Positions 49,420 to 62,690 of a stretch of 64,000 nt of DNA are shown here, piece by piece. Each line of letters starts with the position of its first letter. Position 1 is the stretch's first letter. A program made the translations under genes and the position numbers. The DNA is from Octopus vulgaris (taxonomy: Eukaryota), in NCBI GenBank assembly GCA_951406725.2, contig OX597817.1, forward strand, positions 136,958,001-137,022,000, given 5' to 3'. The notes under the pieces were generated by a model. The model was not told the DNA's origin. It worked only from the letters and a program-made list of their open reading frames with translations, and searched no databases.

Positions 49420-50920
49420 AATTACACGAGCAAGACCTTCCCACCAGTTGTCCTGCATCTTCCTGAGTAATTGCTGCTGTAGAGATTTTGTGTTCTTGTA
49501 ATGAGAAAGAACTGCACAACTGATAAACCTCTATGCAGTAATAAATTGTGGGCAATGCACTTTGCAGACAGGAGTCTCTGAACCCCAGCATCATTTTCAT
49601 CAAACCAGTCCCGATGATCGGTTGTAGCATATCCCAGTGTTTCAGCAGCGCATTGAAAATCCTTGTCTTGAAACTCCTGCCAAGTTGTAATATCTTCCAA
49701 GATGGATAAATTATCTTGAAGTTCCTTCCTCACAGCAGGATTGTATATGTTACGGACAGTCAGGTGTCCATGAATCCTAACTGACCCACTTTCCTCTTTC
49801 ACCACCCGGAACTTTATTTGCGCCAAGCATTGATCTGTCCAACACTCCGTTCCATGAAAGGACTTGACCTTATGAATGAAATAAAAATCACGTCTGCGAA
49901 TGCTAACATAGTTCAGCAAGTGCCAAACCTTAAAACCTGGTGATCACCTTTCACCTGAAAGTGTGCGCTTGCAATGTAAATATCATATTCATCAGGGAGC
50001 TCCAAGAGCATGAAACCACTGCATCAAAAGGCCCAAGGGAGAGTTCTGTACTTGCCAATCTGTTCCAACTCTAGTAGTGAAATCTCTCTGTAGGATGACT
50101 TTGTTGAACTTGAGGATTTTCCGGTGTACGACTCTCAGTTGAGTAAAAGAGGTTATATCATCTTCATCAGAATCTGCCAGAGTAGGATAATAAACACTTA
50201 TCAGAGTAATAAATCTCCCATCTTTCAAGTGCAGACGCAGAGTAATAAATCTCCCATCTCTCAAGTGCAAACGGTCATTTTAGGGATAGGAAGGTCCATG
50301 TTCTCGAGGATTTCAGATCAAACTGCAAGATCAACGTCAGCTTTTTTGTGATTGCCCTTCAGTTTTCTCTTTTCTCTTCAAGAAAACGGGGGCAGCTACC
50401 TCCAACCTCCTGAAGCTGACCATCACCTTCGAAAAGAATCTCGGAATGAGCAGCTATATCTATGTTCTATCAGTTCAGTTCACAAGCAACAAGTGTAGTA
50501 CGTCCTTCAAGACTGTATTCACTCTTCTTATCTAACACAAATGGAAACATTCAGATTCCATTCAGATTTTATAAATGCTTTGTTTTCCGTTCACAAGGTG
50601 GACATTCATCAGTAGCGCTAAAGTGAATTGATAGAAAAAGACAGGCAGCAAATCCATTTCCCACCCCTGGTCTTCGGGTGAGCAATTCTTTCCCAAATGG
50701 AGCTGCTCAGACACTCATGCAGCAACCGAACTCCATCGCTAAATTAGACGACGAGGAGACGGTTTTTTCTACCTAACATGGATCATTTCCGTGGAGGTCG
50801 CTGACTACATGCTTCCAACCCATTAAGTCTGCATGTTTCGCCACCTTTCCCTATATTGCCTGTGCCGAATTTTAGGTTCAATAAAGCACGTACGACACTC
50901 CATAGACAGTCTCCATCCGG
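49420..50920 (-). pseudogene. Decayed RTE-clade LINE 5' part (5' UTR plus AP endonuclease)
   Basis: ITLISVYYPTL, RDFTTRVG, LLNYVSIRRRD, TECWTDQ and HRDWFDEND. Confidence 0.75.
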
Positions 50921-51019
50921 TTGACATGATCCAGAGACAGGCTGAAATAAGATATCTCGTATCAATGTTTATATATGCATGCAGGCGTGCATACTCACAC
51001 ATGCTTACATACGTATATA

Positions 51020-51050
<31 letters not shown>

Positions 51051-51317
51051 CTGAGAATGCGCGCGCGTATGTGTGTATGACTAAAACTCGAGAATTACCC
51101 AACCAATTTCATTCAAATTTTACACATGCCTTACTTAGGGTCGATGGAGTGTCACGGGCCAAGACATTTTCAACTTCTTGCTTAATGCGAGCGCGGAGTA
51201 ATCTCTTATCTCTTACACTGTTTCGGTATCACGTGTCAAAAGTGAAACAATAGCATTTCTATTGTAACATGACATAATGGTTTCACTTTCATATAGTTTC
51301 AATTCCAAATTACTTTC

Positions 51318-51376
<59 letters not shown>

Positions 51377-51549
51377 GAATATATTTCGTTTTTGGATTTG
51401 GTTTTCAAGATTCTTTATGTGAGTTTGTGTGTTGAAGCATATGTTGTTGTGTCTGGGGAGAGTCATTCTCTTTTAGTGCCGTATTATTTAACGCACTCTC
51501 CGGTAAAGTTTCCACTCATTTATTTATTTTTCCTAAAATTCCCGTTGCG

Positions 51550-53343
51550 TCTTGCGGAGCGAATACCTCCAGCAATTATAGGTCGTAATACTTGTGAGAG
51601 CAATTATAGACTGTCCTACTTCCTCTCACAAGTATTACGACCTCCCATTGAGATGTCCCCAGATGTCTGTGTGAGCACGGAAGATCTTAGTTAAATCAGT
51701 ACTTGCAACCACTCCAGCGACCTCACAGGTTGTGTAGTGAGTAGTATGGATATGATTTCACTCTACCCATCTACAGACATAGATTTTGCTGGGGAGAAAT
51801 GCATTGAGATGATCTGTGAGAGTGAAGTAGAGTTCCGTGAAGTCAACACGAGGGAACTGGGCCTCCTCCTTAGACTAAGCTATGACAACAACTATTTGGA
51901 CGACCATGACCTCAATAGATTCTACCCCACCATGTCATAGAGGGAAAGACCACCCACCATCACCTCAGCAGTGAAGAGAAGCACCGTAGAGTGTTGAAGT
52001 ACCCACCCAAGGCCCTGAGAACAACAGTCAGGTGGAAGGAATGATTGCACATGCAATAGGGGCTAGCGTAAGAACCACTTCGGAGAACCACATAGTAAAG
52101 TTTAACAAGAAACTATACATGCAAGTTCAAGGCGCAGTCATTGGTATCGGTGTAGCTGGAGATGTGGCCTCCCTCTTCATGACCGAGTGGGACAGAAAAC
52201 TTAAGCAATCCTTAGCAGAACAGTCCATAACTCTTTTACTTTACAGTAGGTATGTAGACGACATTAATATCCTAGTTAAGACCAACTCTAGTAACGGTAA
52301 TGTAGAAACTGATAGGAACACAATGGAGAGCATCCAGCAAGTAGCTAAAGTATCAAGGTAACTACTGATCACCCCACTAGGCACCCCCAACAATAGACTT
52401 ACCGTCATTGATACTGAACTTTGGTCAGAGACTGTGAGCAACAGAGTGCAGCTCCTCCACTCCTATTTCATGAAACCCGCTGCTTCGAAATATGTTGTTC
52501 ACAAGAATTCAGCTTTGTCACATAACAGGAAAATTAACATACTGATAGCAGACTTAGTTTGGATAATGAACAACTTGTCCCCACCATGCAAACTCTATGG
52601 AACGAAGAAACATGTAAAGAACTTTATGCACCGCATGCAATTCTCTGGATATGATCAGAAAGATGGGGTTCGAGTATACAGGGGTGCTAGAAAGAAGTTA
52701 GATAACATTATATATAATGAAACCAGTGGTATCTGCCCTAGATATAGAAGCAAAGACTGTAATAGAATACAAAGAGCTTGTGGCAAAGCAAACAGGGTGA
52801 ACACGTTGTATAAAACCGACAAATATCAAGGAGTGATGTTTGTAGAGGCCACAGCCCATGGAGAGCTAGCCTGTAGATTTAGGAAAGCTCTGAAGGAGAC
52901 CAAACACAACACTAAGATTGTTGAAAAGCCAGGGAACTCCATCAGATCACAACTATGTAGGACGTATCCCTTTGAAAATACCATATACACCAATGATAAC
53001 TTCATGGTATGTAGGATTAACCCTAGCATTAACTGTAGAACTAGAAATGTAGTCAAATCACAAGATGCATAGAAGGTGCTTGTAAAGACAAGAACATGAC
53101 ATACATAGGGGAGACATCTAGGAGCATTGCAGAAAGACTAAATGAACATTTGAGACAATATGACGACAAAATGCAGTCCTCCATACTCTATCAACATGCC
53201 ATGGACAAACATGGAAGCAACCTCGGTCAACTTGATATCCGCATTTTATCCAACACCCAAAGGATCCAACACTCAGACAAATACAGGTGTGCATCCTCAT
53301 AAATGAAACATCCCCAGCACTAAATAGGAAACATACGTAGTAA
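51550..53343 (+). pseudogene. Penelope-like element: RT plus GIY-YIG endonuclease, disrupted
   Basis: SMDMISLYPS, YMQVQGAVIG, YSRYVDD, MQFSGY, NCRTRNVV and YIGETSRSIAERLNEH. Confidence 0.9.
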
Positions 53344-53429
53344 GTAATCATACTCCCAGACCCATAGTTTATATCTATATACAGTTAGAATAGTTAGTGG
53401 GCTGTTATGTAGATGCATGTATGTGTGTT

Positions 53430-53489
<60 letters not shown>

Positions 53490-53491
<2 letters not shown>

Positions 53492-54017
53492 AGGTCACTT
53501 TCGAGTGCTACTGGTAACATGTAACCCAGTACAACCTGTTGCGTGGTCGGATCGTTGGCGACTAAACCGGCAACCCCACCAAGCTTGCTTGGTGAGAAGG
53601 GTGTTTATTGGACACCTTGCGGGATGAAAAACAAAACCCGTCAAAGGGCGGAGGAACTCTTGAGAGTCAACGGCCATCAAATAAATGTCTTAAGGCTCAT
53701 GCGCGGGGACATAGAAATAATCGGACTGAATACCCGATCGCGCGAATAAACCATTGGGAGTGAAGGACTCCTAGCCTTTGTTAGGGCATCCTTCTAGGAG
53801 ATGGTAACTCCGACATAAAACCTGCGGCTCAGTGGTTACCGATGATGTTGACTTGTTCTTTTTTTCGGATTATGGCTGCTGTTGCTTAGTGAGTGGGATT
53901 GACTCAGTGCACAGCCTTTCCTCACTTTAAAAAAAATCTTCTTGCACAGGCATTGCACAATAACAACATTGATTAAGCTTTGCGCAATGGCCATACTCGA
54001 TAACGAGGAGGCAGCAA

Positions 54018-54020
<3 letters not shown>
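53490..54020 (+). mobile_element. Probable RTE-type LINE 5' UTR-derived fragment between (TA)n tracts
   Basis: Structured GC-richer island. 'agggcatccttctaggagatggtaactcc' resembles RTE 5' UTR motifs as I recall them. Confidence 0.4.
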
Positions 54021-54065
<45 letters not shown>

Positions 54066-54529
54066 GTATGTAGGCAAATGGATATGAAAGTAAACAGATA
54101 GACATACAGACGGATAAATACATAGGTAATATGAACAGACAAGCACACATACATAAATACGCAAATGAAGACAAACACGTGACTATACACACACACACAC
54201 ACACACACACACTTCACACAAGGACATATATGGAGACACACGACCACACATACACAGTACATGGTCACAAAAAATCCATACACACACAGACACACTCAGA
54301 AGGGCACACGTAAAAATACACAAACATGAATATGCAGAATACATACATGCAAATGTACACACATACATATATACATGCGCCCACACACACATACATACAT
54401 ACATACATACATACATACATACATACATACATACATACATACATACATACATACATGCGAGTATACACACACATGCATACATACACATACATGCATACAC
54501 GCATGCATAAATGCATACACTCGCTCACA

Positions 54530-55505
54530 GACGGTCCAACGTGGATCAGTGAGGCAATGAATGACCAGTTCAAAAGTGTCTTTACCACCCCGTTGGAACA
54601 CAGACAAGTGAACGAACCGGTAGACTTCTTTGCCGCCTCGCCTATAACAAGCGAGGCAGTTACGACGAATACATCGACATTAGCGAAGAAGATATACTAC
54701 TAGCCATAGATGAAGTGGACACAAACTCAACTGCTGGTCCTGATCGTTTCCCAGCAATCCTCCTCAAATCGTGTAAGCATGCCCTGGCAAAACCCCTCCG
54801 GATTCTCTTTCAAATGGCAGACTGCCAAGCAAACTGAAGGAGGGAATAATATGCCCAATCCATAAAGGGGGAAGCAGAGCAGATGCCAAAAACTATAGGC
54901 CTATCTCTCTGACTTCACGTCATTACCAGGATGGCGACATTCAGAACCAGAGATAAGGAAACCATGATGGTCCTCTGGCGGACATTCGTCCTCAGCCGCC
55001 TGGATTACTGCTCCCAGCTATGGTCACTCATCAGTGTGAAATTAACAACGGACCTTGAAGCAATCCACAGAAGACGAGAGAGGTATGCAGTAATATACAT
55101 CTGGAAGATCCTGGAAGGAATTGTGCCAAATTTTGACATTGAAAATTACACCAATGCCAGAACGGGACGACACTGCATAGTGCCAAAGATCCCAGCAACG
55201 CCATCGCGCTTCAGGACCAGCTACTGCAACAGCCTGGGTTTCAAGGGCCCACAGCTTTTTAATATTCTTCCAAAGAGTCTGAGGAACCTGCACAAAGTAG
55301 ATGTAGGCGTTTTTGAATCAAAGCTGGACATCTTCCTATCAAGAGTCCCAGATGAACCAACCTCACGGCAAGAGGTGCAAATGAGGGTAGCTACATCAAA
55401 CTATATTCTTCACCAAGTGCCACATATTAGAGGAGGCTCTCAGTAATAACAGTGTAGCAAAACGGCGGTGCATCAGCATGGCCACAGCTCTGAGCTGAAA
55501 CTACA
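54530..55505 (+). mobile_element. CR1-superfamily LINE remnant with large internal deletion
   Basis: AGPDRFPAILLK and PIHKGG..NYRPISLTS are fused directly to SRLDYCSQLWS, RRRERY, GPQLFNILP and LSRVPDEP. Confidence 0.85.
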
Positions 55506-55544
55506 GAAAAAATACATACATACACCTATATACATACATATACA

Positions 55545-55581
<37 letters not shown>

Positions 55582-56231
55582 GCGTACGCATGCATACGTA
55601 TATATGTCCCCCATACGCGTGCATGCAGACGTATGTATGCCGCCCAAATTGGCTGCATACGTATATGTATAACCCTCTATAACCACAACATACATACATG
55701 AATACGTATGTGTACACACATAACCACACATACACGCATGAATACGTATGTGTACACACATATGTACGCATACATACATACGCATAGGTAAGAATACCCG
55801 CATTCACACGCATGCGTGCATATGTATACACACGTATGCATACATACACATGTATACAACCGAGACATGCATTCATGCGAATGTATACTGTCACACAATT
55901 AAAACGTGTGTTCATCATAATTTTCCCTGCATTTGCTTTGTGTATCTTAATCAATAATAATGATAATAATAATGATAATAAGTACAGTCGTAATCACACC
56001 AATAGACTGGGAGTATAATGGATGGGGATAATCTACGTGGTTCCCTAATCTCAATAGAAGCAGCCACACAGCGAACACACAAGTTGCATATGATGACAGT
56101 TCTTTGTGTCTGAAGATGAGAAGGAGCGTCTAGCATTAGTTGGCCATGAAGACTGTTCTTTGACAGGCTCTGGCGCACTGAGAAAGCAAATATGTAGACC
56201 CTGGCCAGAAGGCGAAATTTTTTTCCCCACA

Positions 56232-56710
56232 AGAGTTCCGGACCCTAGCAATGAACTCATTTGCATACAGCCAATCAGAGCACACCTTGACCTTGTTGTC
56301 AAGTTAAACATACTCTACCAGGTAAACTAAAGACGAAGAACGGTATTGTAAGTCGCCAAGTTATGCCTGATTTTAGAAGGAGACAAGTAATTAGATAGAT
56401 TTGCATCTATACCTATTATCGGATTTTGTTAGGGCCCCATACTGTAAAGATGTGGATGGGAAAAATGTGGGTAGAGGGGGATGTGATAGCAACCCTCTCC
56501 TCTTACTCTTACACAAATAACTATGCAGAGGCAGCCATGGTTGGAACAAGAACGAGAAGAATTATTAAAAGAGAAAACAAGTAAGGTCATTGCTCACCCA
56601 GGTAACTTTATTTTATCATCCATCACTTGTTATGCGCTCATAGATTAGTTTGATGGTTGATCTCTGATTGGCTGTATGCAAATGAGTTCATTATAGGGGT
56701 CCGGAACTCT
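56232..56710. repeat. ~49-bp inverted repeats each containing ATTTGCAT and CCAAT
   Basis: 56232-56280 versus 56662-56710. Confidence 0.85.
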
Positions 56711-57211
56711 CGCAGCCAGGATGGGGTCGTGATAATAATTTATTCCTTCTTTGGCGTTTCTCATCCACTGCAGTTGCTGTTGCCTTTTAAAACTTGTATG
56801 TAGCGATTTAATGCAATCTCGCTCCACTTTCCGCTGTGTTGCGACTCACTCCCACTCTGTGGGGGTCAATCGCTGCTTAGGTGCGTTGGTGTGCCAGCTG
56901 GTCTTTCAAACGCTTCCTGGGGCCTCCTTTGTGTTTTTTTTTATATCGCGACTGAGATCGCTGTAGAATACGGCCTTCTGAATTTGTTCATGCGTGCGAC
57001 GTGGCCTGCGCATCTGAACAGCAATATGGTTTCAATGCTCAAGATGTTGGCTTTCTGGAGTTAATTATATCGACCCTAGTGTTTTACTGGTACTTCATGC
57101 TCACATATACATTATACACATATATACATACAAACATATACCCATACATGCATAGGCACACGCGCATACAAAAACAAACATATACATACATACATGCACA
57201 TGTATACACAC

Positions 57212-57263
<52 letters not shown>

Positions 57264-57747
57264 CACCATTGGAAAACTACATATATTTCGTGGTCAGAGT
57301 GAGAGGGTTTTAGTGAAAAGAATTATTGAAGAAACACTTCAGTAACTGGGAAGAATTACAAGTCCAGAAGAAGGCAGTCAACACGAGATGACATTTTGTT
57401 TTTTGTTTGAAATAAAAAGATACATTTACAGAACTAAAACCAGTAGCATTTTCTGGGTTGTTTACTTGAAGCATAAACTAGCGAAAAATGTGTATTTTCT
57501 GATTAAATTACATATAATAATGGTCAAAATATTTTTCTAGTTAAGTAAAATTATTGTAAAACATATATTTGAAATAAGTATATTTTCGTGAAAAATTAAA
57601 AGAACTTACCAGCGTAAAAAACAGATGTTTCTCTTCCTCTGATAACAAAGTTTTTGACTGCCAAGCAAATAAACTCCACTTGCAGGTTATAGACTAATCC
57701 GAATTTACAAAAAAAGACGCTTCTACGGTTAATATCTTTAAGAAAGA

Positions 57748-58142
57748 AGGCGAGCTGGCTGAAACGTTAGCACGCCGGGCGGAATGCGTAGCCGTATTTC
57801 GTCTGTCGTTAGGTTCTGAGTTCAAATTCCGCTGAGGTCGACTTTGCCTTCCATCCTTTCGAGGTCGATAAATTAAGTACCAGTTACGCACTGGGGTCGA
57901 TGTAATCGACTTAATCCATTTGTCTGTCCTTGTTTGCCCCTTCTGTGTTTAGCTCCTTGAGGGTAATAAAGAAATAGGTATTTCGTCTGCCGCTACGTTC
58001 TGAGTTCAAATTCCACCGAGGTCGACTTTGTCTTTTATCCTTTCGGTGCCGATAAATTAAGTACCAGTTCCGTACTGGGGTTGATCTAATCGACTGGCCC
58101 CGCTCCCCCAAATTTCGGGTCTTGTGCCTAAAGTAGAAAAGA
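57748..58142 (+). mobile_element. Nin-like tRNA SINE (dimeric) with 14-bp TSD
   Basis: SINE core, with 'tatctttaagaaag' on both sides. Confidence 0.87.
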
Positions 58143-58501
58143 GTATCTTTAAGAAAGTTTTCAACGTCACATTTTGAAAATTCCGTTGCCAATAATGTAT
58201 AGAATCTTTGTACCGTATGAAAAGAAATTGATATATGTTTATTTAAGTTCGTTTTATGTGTCGTACTTTACTCCTGCATTCAAGACCATCGTTATCTCAC
58301 AAAAATATTAACTCACATCATGCACCTTATACATTATAAACATTTGTATTTACAAAGAATATTTTAAAAATTTGTTGTGTTCTTCAAATATCTATTTCTC
58401 CTTTAACACAGTTTTCTTCAAATACTGACACTTAACGTTCAATCTTCTCTATAAGTCTTGGGGATTTATTTTAAAGGAAACACTAGTAAAATCGTAATAA
58501 C

Positions 58502-58665
58502 CTTTCTTACAATAAGCACAAAGCCTCAAATTTGGGCAAGGAGACTAGTTGATTATATCGACCCCAGTTTTTCACTGGTATTCAATTTACCGACCCCGAA
58601 AGGATGAAAGGCAAAGTTACTTCCGCGGAATTTGAACCCAGAACCTAGCGGCAGACCAAATACAG
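58502..58665 (-). mobile_element. Nin-like SINE fragment
   Basis: 'cgaccccgaaaggatgaaaggcaaagt' core. Confidence 0.75.
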
Positions 58666-58949
58666 CAGTCAAAGTGTGTTTAGATTTAAATAACAATGGA
58701 ATAGTCCGACTTAATATTTTTAAACAAATATATAACTCTGTAACCATATACACAGCTAAATTATGATTCAATCGAGTGGTTCCTGGGTTCGTTTTCTACT
58801 GAAGTAATACTTAAATTGTCGCCAGTTATATATTAGTATTATCAAGTCGTAGGATGCCCTCCTCCTCCTCCTCCTCCTCCTCATCATCATCATCATCATC
58901 ATCATCATCGTCGTCGTCGTCGTCGTCGTCGTTGTTGTTGTTGCTGCTG

Positions 58950-59590
58950 TTGTCCAACACAAAGGTCTTTCACAGTTGGGTTATGTGTAATTATACCTCA
59001 GCTCCGGTCCGTTGCTCAGAGGCACAATACTTTCCACGGCACATGAGCCGTTCCAAGCACCGCAGTAATTTGTGCACGTCCTAATATATCTGATATGCCT
59101 AAGATCTCAGGCATTGCATCTAAATTCTTTGAAATCCTTCCGGGTGCACCGATAACAAAATAGATAACCATGTTGACTGTTGTTTGGTGGATTTCCCGTA
59201 CCTGGATCGCCAAATCGCGGTATTTGTCTATCTTTATTCTCTCGGGGATTCCAACATTTTGGTCTTCAGGAACAGCGACATGGCCCATTCGTGATGCACC
59301 ATTTGTGATATCAGAGCAATTATGTTCCACACGCTTGTCTGTAAAGATGCTCATATTTCACATGAGCTTCTCTTATTCACAGCCAAGGCCTGTAGATGTG
59401 GTCATACCACTTATCTATGCACGGAAGATCGTATTTCTTGCAAAGTTCCCAGTACACCCGAAAAGTGACCTTGTCATGTCGACACCTGTACTCTTGTACT
59501 CTGCTAGTTGTGAGCAGCCACTAATAATACGACTACTCACTGATAATTCAATATGCTGCCCGCATTTTCTTTTCTGGTGTCTCTTCTTCT
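58950..59590 (-). mobile_element. 5'-truncated RLE-type (R4/Dong-like) LINE
   Basis: IISGCSQLAEY, TDKRVEHNCSDI, VAVPEDQNV, KIDKYRDL and VIGAPG. Trinucleotide tracts at both ends. Confidence 0.75.
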
Positions 59591-59618
59591 TTGTTATTAT
59601 TATTATTATCATTATTAA

Positions 59619-60270
59619 GGCAGCGAGCTGGCAGAATCGTTAGCACGCTGGACGAAATACTTAGTGGTATTTAGTCTGCCGCTACGCTCTGAGTTCAAAT
59701 TCCGCCGAGGTCGACTTTACCTTTTATCTTTTCGGGGGTCGATTAAATAAGTACCAGTTACGCACTGGGGTCGATATAATCGACTTAATCCGTTTGTCTG
59801 TCCTTGTTTGTCCTCTCTGTGTTTAGCCCCTTGTAGGTAGTAAAGAATTAGATATTTTGTCTGCCGCTACGTTCTGAGTTCAAATTCCGCCGATGTCGAC
59901 TTTGCCTTTCATCCCTTTCGGGGTCGATAAAATTAGAACGAGTTACGCACTGGGGTCGATGTAATCGATTAAGCCCCCTTCCCCAAACAATTTTCGAGGC
60001 CCTGTGCCTAGAGTAGAAATAATAATGATAATAATAATAATTATTATTATTACTATAGCGGTGAGCTGACAGAATCGTTAGCGCACTGGACGAAATGCTT
60101 AATGGTGTTTCGCCCGTCTCTACGTTCTGAGTTCAAATTCCGCCGAGGTCGACTTTGCCTTTCATTCTTTCGGGGATCAATAGATTAAGTACCAGTTGAG
60201 TACTAGGGCCGCTATTATCGACTTAACCCCTTCCCACAAATTTGAGGCCTGTGCTTTCAGTAGAAAGGAT
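59619..60270 (+). mobile_element. Cluster of Nin-like tRNA SINEs in an (ATT)n tract
   Basis: Three cores, with heads at 59619 and about 60057. Confidence 0.85.
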
Positions 60271-61276
60271 TATTATTATTGAGTGAGAGAGCAGCACAGG
60301 CCATCAAATAACATAGGGGTACAAATATACAAAGCCCAATCCATCATAACTACTCGTACACCAGACACATGCATCACGACTATATGCAGGTGACATGGTG
60401 AACTCGTATCATGATAATCCGTGCATGACCTTGCAGGTGGGACCCAGTTAGAATATTTTTTTACGCCGCGTAACCCATCGTGCTCAAAAGATTTCTAAAT
60501 ATGGTTTGTTTAACGAAAAACTCATGGTTCCAGAGGTGAATTATTCAAACCCCAAAGAATCCCGTCTAGATAGAATAATAATTCAAGAATTTTTGTAGAA
60601 CTTTGTTAGTCCTGCGAATTGCTTTTCGTTTCATTTCGTTCGGGAAAGTGGCTGGTTCCATCTCGTAGGACGTTGATCAAAAGCAGACCGAATATTATTT
60701 TTCCCATGTCTGCTCCATCCCACATTTTATGGTTTTTCTCCCCATATACTGTAGTTCTTATGCCCATCTTCGTAAGAGGAAGGAGTAGTGCTGTTATGAG
60801 GTACTTTCTGGCAGTTTAGTACAAGCTCTTGTAGTTGTTGGAAACTCTCGTTGCCTTTTCCATTTGAGATGGGAAGAAGAGGTTTTTTTGATCTCATGAC
60901 TGGTAAGGAAGACGGAGCAATTTCATTTGCCGAACCACGTGTTGTATCTGGTGTTGCTTTCAAACTGATAACTTCCATATTTTGTTGCTGTTCTTTTAGA
61001 TTTTCTCTGCCGAAAGCTTCTGAGGGTTCTTCCACATAGGTATCTAATCTGGATTCGACATTGTTCCCGAGGGCCCCCGTCGCTTGCCTTTGTGTTACTC
61101 CTTCCTAAATACTGCGGAACCAGCTTCTGGATAAGTGTGTCGTGTTCTCTCTGGGATTTCGTTTTTGTATTGTGCCCTTTGCCCTCCCTTTCTAATGAAG
61201 GATATTTGAATTAAAATATCTACTACAATTACCTCCAAACTCCTATTCGAATAAAACAACAAAGCTTGCAGTGTTT

Positions 61277-61487
61277 GTTCTTTTTTCTCCTCTAGGCACA
61301 AGGTTCAAAATTTCTGGGGAGGGGGGTCAGTCGATTAGATTGACCTCAGTACGCAACTGGTACTTAATTTATCGACTCCGAAAGGATGAAAGGCAAAATC
61401 CACCTCGGCGGAATTTGAACTCAAAACATAAGGACAGACGAAATACTGCTAAGCATTTCGCTAACGTTTCTGCCAGCTCGCCGCCTT
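61277..61487 (-). mobile_element. Nin-like tRNA SINE with ~15-bp TSD
   Basis: Flanked by 'aagcttgcagtgttt' and 'aagcttgaagtgttt'. Confidence 0.82.
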
Positions 61488-61674
61488 AAGCTTGAAGTGT
61501 TTTCAACAAGACAATTATTAATTTCGTCTCGTTTCTTCTGTGAATGATTGCAGAAGACTGACCCCACCACGCCATTCCGATGAATAAAACATTTCCTGAT
61601 ACTTCAAGTATATTGAAGTATTTTGCTTGAAAAATCTTTTGTAAAGGACAACCTACAAAATTTTTAATGTATGC

Positions 61675-61895
61675 CACTGCGTGACACCTCGGGCCGACCA
61701 AAGCCTTGAGAGTGGATTTGGTAGGCGGAAACTGAAAGAAGCCCATCGTATATGTATGTATGCTTGTGTGTGTCTTTGTGTCTGTGTTTGTCCCCTATCA
61801 CTACTTGACAAGTGTTGATGTGTTTACGTCCCCGTAACTTAGCGGTTCGGCAAAAGACACCGATAGAATAAGTACTAGGCTTTCAAAGAATAAGT
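61675..61895 (+). mobile_element. tRNA-SINE body fragment (family of 31810-32190)
   Basis: 'gagtggatttggtaggcggaaactgaaagaagccc..gtttacgtccccgtaacttagcggttc'. Confidence 0.75.
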
Positions 61896-62196
61896 CTATA
61901 ATATCATCGTTTCCTTCGTTGTTTATAACATCATTATTTTCATCATCGACCATATTAATATTATCTTCAACGTCGTCCAAAATATTTTCCTTTCTAAAAT
62001 TTTCTTAAAAAAAACCCAATTTGCTAAGCAGAGTTACATTTGTGATATTTCCCCCACGTTACAACACTCTAGGATTACTTAATGAAACCCCTGTACCTAA
62101 ACCGTAAATCTCCTTAATTCGCATTTATAATCGATCAACAATTGTAGATTTTAAGATTTCTACATCTTCACCAAACTCAAATAGACACTCTGTGTA

Positions 62197-62690
<494 letters not shown>

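Noticed and set aside
51018-51320. Helitron-like 5' end ('tctata..tataaaa..')
   Set aside because: No matching 3' hairpin/CTRR end identified, so it cannot be supported as an element.
57748-57835. tRNA gene (A and B boxes present)
   Set aside because: SINE head that continues into the Nin-like body and is multi-copy; no cloverleaf.
60600-61260. Coding-like minus-strand stretch with a 102-aa ORF
   Set aside because: Stops flank it in frame, there are no consistent splice phases, and no motif is recognisable; possibly a TE ORF1 relic.
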